Part shown: one piece after another, positions 46,793 through 56,878 of the stretch | Numbering within the stretch: position 1 is the stretch's first letter | Layout of the letters: every line of letters begins with the position of its first letter | Source of the DNA: a virus | Taxonomy: Duplodnaviria > Caudoviricetes | IMG/VR virus record: IMGVR_UViG_3300009095_000014 | Span: 20,581 to 84,580 of that record | Length of the DNA stretch: 64,000 nt | Reading direction: 5' to 3' (one strand) | Notes under the pieces: model-generated | What the model was told of the DNA's origin: nothing | Databases searched by the model: none | The model's input: the letters and a program-made list of their open reading frames with translations, nothing else | Translations under genes and position numbers: made by a program

Positions 46793-47121
46793 AAGTAGTG
46801 TTCGAACTCCCAGAGGAGCTGCAAGATGAAAACTGGATCTGTTTGACCGATCGGGTCGGACAGACCAGTTTGCTTTATGCGGTCCTCTTCTACTTTATCG
46901 AATGTGACAGTTTCTACCTCGATCACCTAACCGAACAAATAAACGAACAGAACTTTAACCGGATCTTGGGTAATTGGATCGACGAACATGCAAACTTCTT
47001 CGAAGCCATTAACTTGGGCATGGTGAACGTAAAGGACAGTCTGCTTTACGTTGACATGGTAAACGCATCCAAAGACTTTATGCTGGTATTAGGCGACCCT
47101 AACGATGAACGACACGGTTAA
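46789..47121 (+). CDS. Acidic hypothetical protein, array member 5
   Basis: 110 aa; ATGA overlap with previous stop. Confidence 0.8.
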   Translation: MKVVFELPEELQDENWICLTDRVGQTSLLYAVLFYFIECDSFYLDHLTEQINEQNFNRILGNWIDEHANFFEAINLGMVNVKDSLLYVDMVNASKDFMLVLGDPNDERHG

Positions 47122-47500
47122 TATCCTTGTTGACCTTTACGAACATATTCCTGAGGAACTAATAGATGAAATCGACAATTACGTCTATCTAGGGACCTTA
47201 CTTAATGCGGTTCTCGACGCACGTGCCATGGGTGATGACCAAGTGCTGTATGACATGCTGGAGTCGTTGGCCACGGGGTTCATTGATGCCAACGACATTC
47301 GACAAGAGGAAGCTGCCATGGCCGCCGAGCGCGCTATCCATGTGTGCTTGTCTAGCTTCTACGACATCATCGTCGATCATTACTACGGGATGGTTGAGAT
47401 GACCGTTAACCTTGCCAACCAAGGGTACTACATGTATGGATGTGAATTTAACCGGGCTACAGGCAATGCCCTGCTTAACTTCCACAGGGTCGATAGCTAA
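47105..47500 (+). CDS. Acidic hypothetical protein, array member 6
   Basis: 131 aa. Confidence 0.8.
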   Translation: MNDTVNILVDLYEHIPEELIDEIDNYVYLGTLLNAVLDARAMGDDQVLYDMLESLATGFIDANDIRQEEAAMAAERAIHVCLSSFYDIIVDHYYGMVEMTVNLANQGYYMYGCEFNRATGNALLNFHRVDS

Positions 47501-47891
47501 TGTAAGGACGGTCAACCTACTGGTCACCTTTGATGAGATCCTCGACCCCATTGATCATCTGCTTACGGCTCTTCATGAGCTGAACTTCTGTCGCCGTAAA
47601 GTCGTTGAACTGGCAGTACAGACCGCCTTCTCGGCAATCGGCCAAGCTCCCGATCAACAACTGATCCGTGCGTTCATGTCGATGGGGATCAACTTTTACA
47701 CTGGCATCACGTCTGACCAGCTGGTGCTCATCATGGAGATCTGTTCTGTAATTCAAAACGAGTTGTACCGTTGTATGAAAGGTCTTAACGCTACCGGCGA
47801 TCGGGTTAACTCCGCAATGGTACTGGAATGGATCAACAATGACTGTCTGATTGCTTTAAGGGTTTACTCTGATGATCACCGTAGTATTTGA
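47466..47891 (+). CDS. Hypothetical protein, array member 7 (start ambiguous)
   Basis: Nearest in-frame ATG is 47466; the coupled ATG at 47500 is out of frame by one base. Confidence 0.6.
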   Translation: MPCLTSTGSIANVRTVNLLVTFDEILDPIDHLLTALHELNFCRRKVVELAVQTAFSAIGQAPDQQLIRAFMSMGINFYTGITSDQLVLIMEICSVIQNELYRCMKGLNATGDRVNSAMVLEWINNDCLIALRVYSDDHRSI

Positions 47892-48279
47892 TATCAGTGA
47901 CGATATCCAAGAGCTGGTCACCACGTTGTCCTCGATGTACAATGCAGATTACGACTTGGATGAGGTGTTTAACCAGTACATGGTTTATCGCCAAACCGGT
48001 CGTAATCCGTTCGCCGCCAATGAAGCGTGGCGGTCACCGAAAAGGACTCGTTATGAAAACCCGGCAAATACAGTGTACCGCTGGGGACAGACGGCAGAGG
48101 AGGTACTGCGTGACCCCGAGGAAATCGCCGAGGAGATGAACCACGATTCGAAGTTGCTGGCGCTCGCGGTAGATTGGCTGTATAAAAGAATTGATCTTAT
48201 GCTCGGTACTACCTGCCGCAAATTGTTAAATCTGCGTCTGAGTACCGATAATCTCTGGCTAATCGTGAGCGTAGAATGA
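47872..48279 (+). CDS. Hypothetical protein, array member 8
   Basis: 135 aa. Confidence 0.8.
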   Translation: MITVVFDISDDIQELVTTLSSMYNADYDLDEVFNQYMVYRQTGRNPFAANEAWRSPKRTRYENPANTVYRWGQTAEEVLRDPEEIAEEMNHDSKLLALAVDWLYKRIDLMLGTTCRKLLNLRLSTDNLWLIVSVE

Positions 48280-48578
48280 AGATCATCGTCGAAGAGTCTG
48301 AAGTTTTGGGGTTGATTGTTGGTGAAATTCTGGCGGAAACCGATCCCGATTTTCCGATGACTATCGACTCGGGGATCTCGCACTCCATGAGCCGTCGAAT
48401 CAAGAACATTGTGGCGGCGGCCTTGTCGCCAACCCCGGCGTTCCGCAATCCGACGTTACAGCGGCATGTGGATCTGATCCGTCAGTCGCCGCTGCTCAAC
48501 CACTTGTTCATCTTGCCGTGGGAGGATATTCGCGTTATGGATGCGGAAGGAACTCTCCACCTTTATATCGAGGAATGA
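48276..48578 (+). CDS. Hypothetical protein, array member 9
   Basis: 100 aa; ATGA overlap. Confidence 0.8.
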   Translation: MKIIVEESEVLGLIVGEILAETDPDFPMTIDSGISHSMSRRIKNIVAAALSPTPAFRNPTLQRHVDLIRQSPLLNHLFILPWEDIRVMDAEGTLHLYIEE

Positions 48579-48579
48579 C

Positions 48580-48984
48580 ATGCCCGCCATCACGTCCGCG
48601 TTGATCGGCAAGACGATCAACTTCCAAACCAACGCCCCGTCGATTCTCGGGGCGCGTTTCCAAGTGACCAAGGTCTTGTCGATCTTGGACCCTGATACGG
48701 CCCGTCTTTTCGCTGACATTGTATCCCAACACATCGCTGTCTACCCTCATCTGCCGGAAGGGACAGTAGACGATGCGTTCGGATACAGTTATGTGAAGCT
48801 TCGGCTGCCGGATGATCAGATCGTGGTCCTCGGCCTACCGTGGATCGACGAGAACAGTGTTGAGGTGGTGAATCACACCACCTTGACGGTGAAGATCAAC
48901 AGTACGTCGCAGGAAGACATCAACCGGGTCCGACAGGCCCTGTTGGCGAATGGCTTCGAAGACTTCACGATCACGCCCAGTTAA
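48580..48984 (+). CDS. Conserved phiKZ-like protein upstream of DNA polymerase
   Basis: 134 aa from MPAITSALIG (GAGG RBS); GLPWIDE motif. Confidence 0.8.
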   Translation: MPAITSALIGKTINFQTNAPSILGARFQVTKVLSILDPDTARLFADIVSQHIAVYPHLPEGTVDDAFGYSYVKLRLPDDQIVVLGLPWIDENSVEVVNHTTLTVKINSTSQEDINRVRQALLANGFEDFTITPS

Positions 48985-49146
48985 TTTTTTACCAGATAGT
49001 TAATGATATGCAATTGAACACTCCGTTACAGTTGCAGGGTTATTGGCATCTTGCAAAAGGAGGGGGCTTCGGCCCCCTCTCTTTTTTGCCGTCGTGGTGT
49101 TTTTAGACGCCACCGACCTATGCGATGAAGGATTAGGAGTACTGCA

Positions 49147-51294
49147 ATGCAAAACCCGTTTGTTCTCAAACCTAACGAATATATTCGCGATTTGAATATC
49201 GCCAAGGGCTACATTGTTCAGAATGCTGCCTACCTGAACAAGATGACTGGAAAGCCGATGGATGTCTGCATGGACTTTGTCAAGCGTTCGGTATCCAGTA
49301 AAGGCAAGTTGCCCATCAAAGACCCCCAAGTGGTGGCCCTCAAACAAGTGAGCCCCGGTAACCGGGAGAAGGTGGAAGAAACCTTTCTCGGTTACGTCCA
49401 AGAGGTGGTCGCCACCAACCGTATTCTTTCGCCGTCGCTGACGTGCTACGAACGTCCCGAAGTGATCAAGTCCACCTCGGCTGACTTTGTTGAAGGGGGC
49501 ATCGCTGGTCGTAAGAAGGCCAAGAACGAAATGTTCCAAGCCCGTATCGCAGGTAACCCGGTACTGGAATACATCAAGGACTGCGAGCAGAACGCCAAGA
49601 AGATCGGCATCAACTCGATCTCCGGTATGCATGGTTTCTCAGGCAACATCCTCTATGTTCGCTCGGGCCACAGTTCGCTGACCTCGATGTGCCGTACGGC
49701 CACCGGTTACGGGAACGCCACCAACGAGAAGTTCCTGACCGGCAGTCGACACTACTGGAACGCGGACATCGCCATGGCCAACATCCTGGCCATCATCACC
49801 AACACCGACTATGCGCAGTTGGAAGCCTGTCTCCAGCAGTACAACATCGTCATTCCCACGGTAGAACAAACCATGGAATGCGTGGTACGCTCGACCGAGT
49901 TGTATTTCCGCAACCCAACGGAACTCGCGCGCATCGGTCAGCTGGTTGAGAAGCTGAACGACTTGGAGCGGGCCGCCTTTGTTTACATTGGCGACATGTA
50001 TCACTTGGCCAAGTACAATGATGCACTGGTACGGGAGTTCATGCGGCGCTTTGTGGAACCGGACCTGGATGCGATTGAAATCGGCGACCCCGATGAAGCG
50101 CTGGCGCCGGGGATCAAGGACACGGACATCAGCTACTTTGTGAATCTGTTGTCGGCCAATGAGATTCAAGGGATCGACCGGGAGAAACTCAAAGAGCGTA
50201 ACCCGGAAGGCTACCGCAAGTTGGCCAAGACCTACGTGGCCGTGGCCAAAACGCTGGAAGACTACACCCCGTTGATCAAAGCCTTGTGGGTTCCCAAGAC
50301 CCTGCCGCCGACCGTGGCCAACATCAAGTCAATCGTCCGGCGGACCGTACTGGCGTCCGACACTGACTCGACCATCTTTACCACGCAGGATTGGGTGAAG
50401 TGGTACACGGGCAGCTACAAGCGCACCACGGTAGGCGATGGTGTCTGGTACACGATGACCTACTTGGCCACCCAGTGTATCATTCACGTACTGGCGCAGT
50501 TCTCCGCCAACATGGGGGTGAGTCCGAAAGACCTGCACCGCCTGTCCATGAAGAACGAGTATGCGTTTCCGGTGTTTGCTTTGACGGCACGGGCCAAGCA
50601 TTACTTTGCGTTCCGCTCGGCGCGTGAAGGTAACGTCTACGTGAAACCGGACATGGAGATCAAGGGCGTTGCGTTGCGTTCATCGATCGTCCCGATTGAC
50701 GTGATCGCACGGGCCAAGGACTTGATGGAGGAGATCCTCGAAACCATCAACCAAGGTAAGCAGTTCAAGGTCTCCTACCTCTACGACATTATCTACGGTC
50801 TGGAGAAGGACATCGAAAACTCGATCGCCAAGGGCGAGTCGCGCTTCCTCAAAACCGGTCAGATCAAGGAAACCTACAAGAACATGGCCACTTCGGCCTA
50901 CCAGCAATACCTCTTGTGGGAAGAAGTCTTTGCGCCCAAGTACGGCATCACCCCACCGCCCCCGTATTCGGTGATCAAAGCACCCTTGGAAATCCGAAAT
51001 AAGACCGATATGAAGAACTGGCTCGACGGGATGGAGGATCGTGACCTGGCCAAGCGTCTGGAGATCTGGTGTAAGCGTGCCGGTCGGGACAAGATCACCA
51101 CCTTGCTTCTGCCCACCAGTCTGATGTCGGAGAAGGGTATGCCGAAGGAAGTCCTGCAAGGGATGAACATCCGCAAGCTCACCTACGAGACCTTGGAGTC
51201 GTTCTACATGCTGCTGGAAGTGGTCGGTATGTATCACGTCCATTCCAGTCAAGTGCGTCTGGTCAGTGACATTTATACACCCGCCGCGTCTTGA
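49147..51294 (+). CDS. Family B DNA polymerase, polymerase-domain subunit (phiKZ gp50-like)
   Basis: QNAKKIGINSISG (motif B) and SDTDST (motif C); no N-terminal exonuclease domain recognised, consistent with the split polymerase of this family. Confidence 0.88.
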   Translation: MQNPFVLKPNEYIRDLNIAKGYIVQNAAYLNKMTGKPMDVCMDFVKRSVSSKGKLPIKDPQVVALKQVSPGNREKVEETFLGYVQEVVATNRILSPSLTCYERPEVIKSTSADFVEGGIAGRKKAKNEMFQARIAGNPVLEYIKDCEQNAKKIGINSISGMHGFSGNILYVRSGHSSLTSMCRTATGYGNATNEKFLTGSRHYWNADIAMANILAIITNTDYAQLEACLQQYNIVIPTVEQTMECVVRSTELYFRNPTELARIGQLVEKLNDLERAAFVYIGDMYHLAKYNDALVREFMRRFVEPDLDAIEIGDPDEALAPGIKDTDISYFVNLLSANEIQGIDREKLKERNPEGYRKLAKTYVAVAKTLEDYTPLIKALWVPKTLPPTVANIKSIVRRTVLASDTDSTIFTTQDWVKWYTGSYKRTTVGDGVWYTMTYLATQCIIHVLAQFSANMGVSPKDLHRLSMKNEYAFPVFALTARAKHYFAFRSAREGNVYVKPDMEIKGVALRSSIVPIDVIARAKDLMEEILETINQGKQFKVSYLYDIIYGLEKDIENSIAKGESRFLKTGQIKETYKNMATSAYQQYLLWEEVFAPKYGITPPPPYSVIKAPLEIRNKTDMKNWLDGMEDRDLAKRLEIWCKRAGRDKITTLLLPTSLMSEKGMPKEVLQGMNIRKLTYETLESFYMLLEVVGMYHVHSSQVRLVSDIYTPAAS

Positions 51295-51340
51295 CGGCAT
51301 AGAGGGAGGGACTTCGGTCCCTCCCTCTTTTCCTTTGCCG

Positions 51341-52429
51341 TTACAGGAACGGGGCGATCTGTTCGTTGACCACTTGACTAAAGTGCTCATGGACCTGGAC
51401 CGGTAAACCATTGACCAAGTACTTGCTGGATTCAGCTTCGATGATCGAGCGTTTTATCCGGTTCAACTCTGCCGTGTTCTTGGCGTTGTTGTTGATACGA
51501 CTAAAGTGCACCAAGAAGCGAATCAGGTTCAGCCGAGCTATGTACAGCCCCCAGAGAATCTGGTTACCATACGCCATACGCGGCAGCTGATGGACCCGCA
51601 GGGCATCTTTACGGTACAGGGCCGGAATCACCTTGAGCATGCCTTCCATGTCTAGCGACTGGGTCAACATGCGGTTGATCATGCTGCGCAGCGATTGATC
51701 TACCCGTACTCTCAGGTCCGTGGTATAGAACGGCAGGCGACGATAGCTCACCCCTGGCGACTCATCAAACCACAACCGGCTCAGGCGGTTAAACAAGGCG
51801 ACATCCAGATGCGAGCGCAAGGCATTGGTCAATGGGTACATCAGGACGAAGTGTTGCAGCAAGCGATTGCTGTCCCCGTCCTTGGATTCCGGCGATTCCC
51901 GCCACAGCTTATACTGGCAGGCCAGCATGGGAATATTGACTGTGATCACCGCAAACCCTTTCTCACGGGCGTTGGCTTGTCCATCCAAGGATTCATAGCC
52001 GAGGTCACTGCGTGGATGAGACAGCACTCGAACCGGTTCCCATTCCCGCCATGTATCCTTGGCATCACGCAACCAGAAGTCATCGTCGGTAGCGATGATG
52101 ATCTCCTGATACCCCTTGCCGTAGAAGACCCCCGGACTGTGGAGCTTTCCTTTATATAGGGGTGAGGTCAACCCCAGTACCCCAGAGACCTGCATCGTGC
52201 GCTGTTCGACGGCGCTGCGATAGATCTCAAGATTACCGGTGTAAGTTATGTTCAGTGATTGGAGGATGCGCACCAGCAAATGGTCACTCGCCACCCCAGC
52301 CACGTTTTCACGCCGGTATTCAATCCAGCGGTCAGCGTCCTTGCTCATCTGCTCTAATGCATAGTCAAGTCGCAGATCCCTGACACTGGTTCTGTCGAGT
52401 ACAGAACGATCATTAAACAGTGTGTACAT
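51341..52429 (-). CDS. Conserved protein (phiKZ gp52-like by position)
   Basis: 362 aa from MYTLF; lies between the polymerase and chmA, divergent from chmA. Confidence 0.65.
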   Translation of the reverse strand: MYTLFNDRSVLDRTSVRDLRLDYALEQMSKDADRWIEYRRENVAGVASDHLLVRILQSLNITYTGNLEIYRSAVEQRTMQVSGVLGLTSPLYKGKLHSPGVFYGKGYQEIIIATDDDFWLRDAKDTWREWEPVRVLSHPRSDLGYESLDGQANAREKGFAVITVNIPMLACQYKLWRESPESKDGDSNRLLQHFVLMYPLTNALRSHLDVALFNRLSRLWFDESPGVSYRRLPFYTTDLRVRVDQSLRSMINRMLTQSLDMEGMLKVIPALYRKDALRVHQLPRMAYGNQILWGLYIARLNLIRFLVHFSRINNNAKNTAELNRIKRSIIEAESSKYLVNGLPVQVHEHFSQVVNEQIAPFL

Positions 52430-52772
52430 GGAGGTATCCCCATTGGGGTAGGTGAAAGTCAAAGGATTGGTTTAAAAATAAAGGGCGGTACTATTAAATG
52501 CAGGACGCCGTCACCGCGACGGTGCGACCCTCGTGTTAGCATTCTCAAGTGGCTTAGTAATTTTTTACACAGTTGCACGTATGGTATAGAGGTGATATTA
52601 AGCATCTTGGACTGGCCTGCGCCGGTCCTACTACGACCGGTATGTGTTTCAAATCTGTTCGTAAATAATTTCACTTCCACATTATACATTTGAATCCAGA
52701 GCTGTATAGCTTGGTTCATTCGAATGCACCAACGCAACAAACCTTGAAGTAAACGTAACGGAGAGCAATACC

Positions 52773-54686
52773 ATGGCATTTAATGTCAACGAAAACAACG
52801 GCGCCGCCAAGGTCAACGAAGCTGTGCTGGGTCAGGGTAAGCCGGTCGAGCAACCGGCTCCGCAAACCCCGCCGCCCGGCAACCCTGGCGACGTCCGTAC
52901 CGGTTCCATCCGTGATCTGAACCGGACTCTGGCTCGTCCGATGGGTCGTACTTCGGCAGGCGAATATCTGGCCAAGTTCGTCAAGCACATGAACGAAATG
53001 TTCAGCCCTGATCAGGAAATCTCCAGCGATTCCCCGATCAGCCTCGACCAGTTCCGCGTTGTGGGTATCGATGCCCACGAAGCCAACCTGGCCACTTCGG
53101 CTGCCGTGATCCTGCTGCCGCTGGAACTGCCCGACCAGCCGAACGTCACCCAGGTCTTCGCCCACACCCTGCTGCTGGAAGCCAGCGCCGGTACTCTGGC
53201 CCCGCGCATCGGTGAGTGGAATGGTCGTCGCTTCGACATCGTCCAAACCGTGGGCGACGTCTGGGACCAGCGCTACCTGAACCGCGTTCAAGAATCCATC
53301 TCCAACCTGGTACAAGGCCAAGTGGTCTTCCACGACTGCGGTGTTTCCACCGTGCCGTCCGAAGTCGACCCGGAAAAGGACAGCGACAAGCTGCGCAACC
53401 TGGCGTTCTACGCTTCGGCTGCCGTGACCACCCTGTCCGTCGAGAAGATCGGCTACCAGCCGCGCTTCGCTGCCGACTGGCTGTCGGCCGATGACCGTGT
53501 CGACGTCTCCATCGACTTCGGTGGTGACCCGATCAAGACTGCTTCCGGTCTGCCCAAGCGTACCGACGTGGCCCTGAACCTGACCGCCACCCTGCTGGAG
53601 AAGGAAGGCGGCAACCGTCGTCAGGGTCTGACCACCGTCGGCGGTCAGCTGGAGATGATCTACACCACCCCGCAGGCATCCCAGGACACCCTGAACTTCG
53701 GCCGTCGTCGTGATGGTGAGACCCAGCACTTCTACCCGGTCTTCAACATCACCACCCTGGATACTCAGGGCAAGCAGATCACCCTCGAACTGCTGACCCT
53801 GGGTCTGGCTTCGGTGTCCCTGCTCACCGACAACCTCTACTGGGTGAACGGCTTCCGCCCGAATCTCCTGAAGGCTGCTGGTGGCAAGTCCATCAACCTG
53901 CGTGATATCGGCAAGCTGAACCTGCTGGCCGGCGGCCAGGCAGTCGACGTCCTCGGTGGCAACTTCTCCGATGACGATCTGCTGGAATACCTCGGCACCC
54001 TGTGCCACCGCGATCTGGCCATCGGCATGCACGTCGAAGAGCGTGGCGAACTCACCTGGGTTCACCAAGTGATCCTCGACGCCGCTCTCGACCCGGCCGG
54101 TACCGGTGCGCAGATCCTGCGCAACTCCTTCGACCATGTGACTGGCAACCGTTTCACTACGGCCCACGAACAACTGGCCGGCGTTGGCGCACCGCTGGTG
54201 GTGAGCGGTCAGAACCGTATCATCCTCGGCACCTACGTCGACGATGCAGGTAACGTCAAGGACCTGCGTGATATCGACACCCTGGCCATGCTGAACCTCG
54301 CTCCGCAGGACCCGGAGCAGGCCCTGCTGTGGCAGGACACCTACGACCAAACCGATCTCCCGATGGACTACCGTCTGGAGCGTCGTATCTCCATGCTGAC
54401 CAACCGTTTCGGTGGTGGCGTGAAGGTCAAGGGCTTCGCCCAGCAGGTGTTCTTCCCGAAGGAAGTCATCGCCGCTCTCGCCGCCGCCATCCGTGGTTGC
54501 GGTATCGTGATCAACCGCGTCAGCGCGGGTGTTCAGATGGGCAGCATGCGTCAGCGCGGCAACACCATGATCGGCGGTCTGGCCGGTCACAACCTGGGCG
54601 GCAGCCTGTTTGGTTTCGCGACCAGCCAGGGTACCCAAACCCAGGACTACACTCGTCCCTTCATGGGTCGCGTGCGTCAGTGGTAA
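52773..54686 (+). CDS. chmA: Chimallin, major phage nuclear shell protein
   Basis: 637 aa; DIGKL, RTDVAL and KDLRDIDTLAMLN match recalled chimallin motifs; extreme codon bias; immediately upstream of nvRNAP beta'. Confidence 0.9.
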   Translation: MAFNVNENNGAAKVNEAVLGQGKPVEQPAPQTPPPGNPGDVRTGSIRDLNRTLARPMGRTSAGEYLAKFVKHMNEMFSPDQEISSDSPISLDQFRVVGIDAHEANLATSAAVILLPLELPDQPNVTQVFAHTLLLEASAGTLAPRIGEWNGRRFDIVQTVGDVWDQRYLNRVQESISNLVQGQVVFHDCGVSTVPSEVDPEKDSDKLRNLAFYASAAVTTLSVEKIGYQPRFAADWLSADDRVDVSIDFGGDPIKTASGLPKRTDVALNLTATLLEKEGGNRRQGLTTVGGQLEMIYTTPQASQDTLNFGRRRDGETQHFYPVFNITTLDTQGKQITLELLTLGLASVSLLTDNLYWVNGFRPNLLKAAGGKSINLRDIGKLNLLAGGQAVDVLGGNFSDDDLLEYLGTLCHRDLAIGMHVEERGELTWVHQVILDAALDPAGTGAQILRNSFDHVTGNRFTTAHEQLAGVGAPLVVSGQNRIILGTYVDDAGNVKDLRDIDTLAMLNLAPQDPEQALLWQDTYDQTDLPMDYRLERRISMLTNRFGGGVKVKGFAQQVFFPKEVIAALAAAIRGCGIVINRVSAGVQMGSMRQRGNTMIGGLAGHNLGGSLFGFATSQGTQTQDYTRPFMGRVRQW

Positions 54687-54761
54687 ACTGACGGTAGGGT
54701 AACATGGAGGAGGGGTTCGCCCCTCCTCTATGCCCTTTCTTTTTAAGCGTAAGGAGCAGCA

Positions 54762-56210
54762 ATGCAAAAAGGTGTCTATCTCGAAACCGTTGACTACGAT
54801 CAGATGTTTCGTAGCCTCAGCCAACCTGCGGTCATCGTTAACAACATCGATTTGCGGTCCGAGCAAGCTCGTGAGCACCTGAACTCGCTCATCTACACCC
54901 ACTACAACGGCGACACCCTGAGCAACGTTCCTCAGTGTGACGGCGGGCATTTGAAAGGCGAATACAACCGTGGGCTGATGTGCAAGATCTGTAACACCTT
55001 GGTGGAACCGATCACCGAGAAACCGCTGGAATCCCTGTTGTGGCTGGAAGCGCCCCCTGGCGTCCCGGCATTCCTGCACCTGACGGTGTTCCGCATCCTG
55101 TCCAACTACCTGACCTACTCGGGGTACAACATCCTCGAATGGTTGACCGACCCGTTCTATCGACCGACTACCAAGATCCCACCGATCATGCTCAAGGTTC
55201 AGACCTTGAACCTGCCACGTGGTCTGCGGAACTTCCACGACCACTACGACCAGATCATGGAGTCCCTGTTCAAGAACAAGATCATCAAGGCCCGCCCGGC
55301 GGAGCGCAACAAGTTGCGTGCGTACTTGGACAAAGTCCGTCCGGTGATGTTCCCGAAACGTCTACCGTTCCCCAGTCGCCTGGCCTTCATTACCGAGGAG
55401 AACAACGGCACCCTCTACACCGACCACAAGATGCAACCGGCCATCGACGCTATCCTGGCGATCGCTTCGATGTACTCCACCCACGGGGAGCCTTCGCAAG
55501 AACTGAAGGAAGCCCGCTGTATCCGCAGTATCGTCAAGCTGAACTCCTATTACCGGGACTTCGAGAAGTTCACCGCCTTTAAGAAGGAAGGGATTTTCCG
55601 TAAGTTGATTTACGGGACCCGTCCCCACTTCACCTACCGGGCGGTAATCGGTTCCAATCACAAACCCCACGACTACAACACGATCGAGTTGCCATGGTCC
55701 CTGTCGGTGCTGCTGTTCAAGTCCCACTTGGACAACAAGTTGCTGAAGCAGGATCTCACCCCCAACGAGATCCGGACGTTGCAGTACAAGAACACCCTTT
55801 GCTACCATCCGATGATCGACGGTCTCTTCCAAGAGCTGATCGCCGAGGCACCTGGAGGCAAGGGGATTCCGACCACCTTTGCACGTAACCCGACCCTGAA
55901 GCGTGGTTCCATTCAACGATTCGACATCCCGAAGATCAAGACCGACCCGAACGACAATACCGTGAGCTTCTCGGTGCTGACCCTCAAAGCCCCCAACGCC
56001 GACTTCGACGGCGATGCTTTGAACGGTCAGTTGTGTCTGGATAAGGAAACGGCTGATAAACTGGAGCGGTTGCGCCCGCACACTGGGGTGATGAACCTCA
56101 ACCGACCCTTCCGGGTCAGTGCGAACGTGGCTTTCCCAACGCCGTTCCTCTCGACCAGTCAGGCGTGGTTGAAAGAGGGGGATGAAATCAGTCCTGTACC
56201 GGAGCAATAA
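54762..56210 (+). CDS. Non-virion RNA polymerase beta'-like catalytic subunit (phiKZ gp55-like)
   Basis: NADFDGD, RNPTL and a Cys zinc-ribbon-like region (C...CKIC); uninterrupted. Confidence 0.93.
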   Translation: MQKGVYLETVDYDQMFRSLSQPAVIVNNIDLRSEQAREHLNSLIYTHYNGDTLSNVPQCDGGHLKGEYNRGLMCKICNTLVEPITEKPLESLLWLEAPPGVPAFLHLTVFRILSNYLTYSGYNILEWLTDPFYRPTTKIPPIMLKVQTLNLPRGLRNFHDHYDQIMESLFKNKIIKARPAERNKLRAYLDKVRPVMFPKRLPFPSRLAFITEENNGTLYTDHKMQPAIDAILAIASMYSTHGEPSQELKEARCIRSIVKLNSYYRDFEKFTAFKKEGIFRKLIYGTRPHFTYRAVIGSNHKPHDYNTIELPWSLSVLLFKSHLDNKLLKQDLTPNEIRTLQYKNTLCYHPMIDGLFQELIAEAPGGKGIPTTFARNPTLKRGSIQRFDIPKIKTDPNDNTVSFSVLTLKAPNADFDGDALNGQLCLDKETADKLERLRPHTGVMNLNRPFRVSANVAFPTPFLSTSQAWLKEGDEISPVPEQ

Positions 56211-56828
56211 ATGGCAAACGTAGCATTCGGGTGTTTCGACACCTTTAACATGCTGTTGTCCGGCTCGCCTTCCCTAGAAAACCGTTCCTTCCTGCAACGG
56301 CATGTGCAGGACGTGGGGCAGCGGTTGGGGAGCGCTGGGCAGCGGTTTGCTCAACGGGCCCGTGAGATGTACGATAGTTTCGACTTCGATGGCATCGCAC
56401 GGAATGTAACCGCCATCAAGCGGCGTTTCGAGAACCGCTGGCAACCGGATGAAATCCGTACCTTGCGGACCATCGGCGAAATGCAGCATGCTGGCCCGAC
56501 CCTCCAGCGCCAGATCATGGCTAACCCTGTGATCCGGAACGCATGGATGAAAGGTCGTTGCGATGGATGGAGCCGTACGTACGTGGATCTGGAGCCAGGG
56601 GCAATTGGCAACGATCACACTGAGTACCGCGAAATCACCAACGGCTTTGCGGTGTTTGACGAGGAGGGGCATTCGCACTTTGTATCGAACCTGGATTTGA
56701 TGCATGATGGCTTGACCAAGTACTCCTTTGAAGAGCAATCTATCGCCCAAGACAACTGGGCCTTGGCTGAAATGTTCTACGCACTGGGTCGTGATGACAT
56801 GACCAGTGTAGAGAACAACGCGCTCTAA
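56211..56828 (+). CDS. Conserved core protein
   Basis: 205 aa abutting RNAP stop; IMANP and YREITNG motifs. Confidence 0.8.
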   Translation: MANVAFGCFDTFNMLLSGSPSLENRSFLQRHVQDVGQRLGSAGQRFAQRAREMYDSFDFDGIARNVTAIKRRFENRWQPDEIRTLRTIGEMQHAGPTLQRQIMANPVIRNAWMKGRCDGWSRTYVDLEPGAIGNDHTEYREITNGFAVFDEEGHSHFVSNLDLMHDGLTKYSFEEQSIAQDNWALAEMFYALGRDDMTSVENNAL

Positions 56829-56878
56829 TGGGTATGGGGGAGCTTCGGCTCCCCCATTTCTTTTTTGAGAGGTAAGCC

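Noticed and set aside
52716-55244. 842-aa minus-strand ORF
   Set aside because: Antisense shadow of chmA and the RNAP gene; strong codon bias depletes reverse-frame stops; no motifs or RBS
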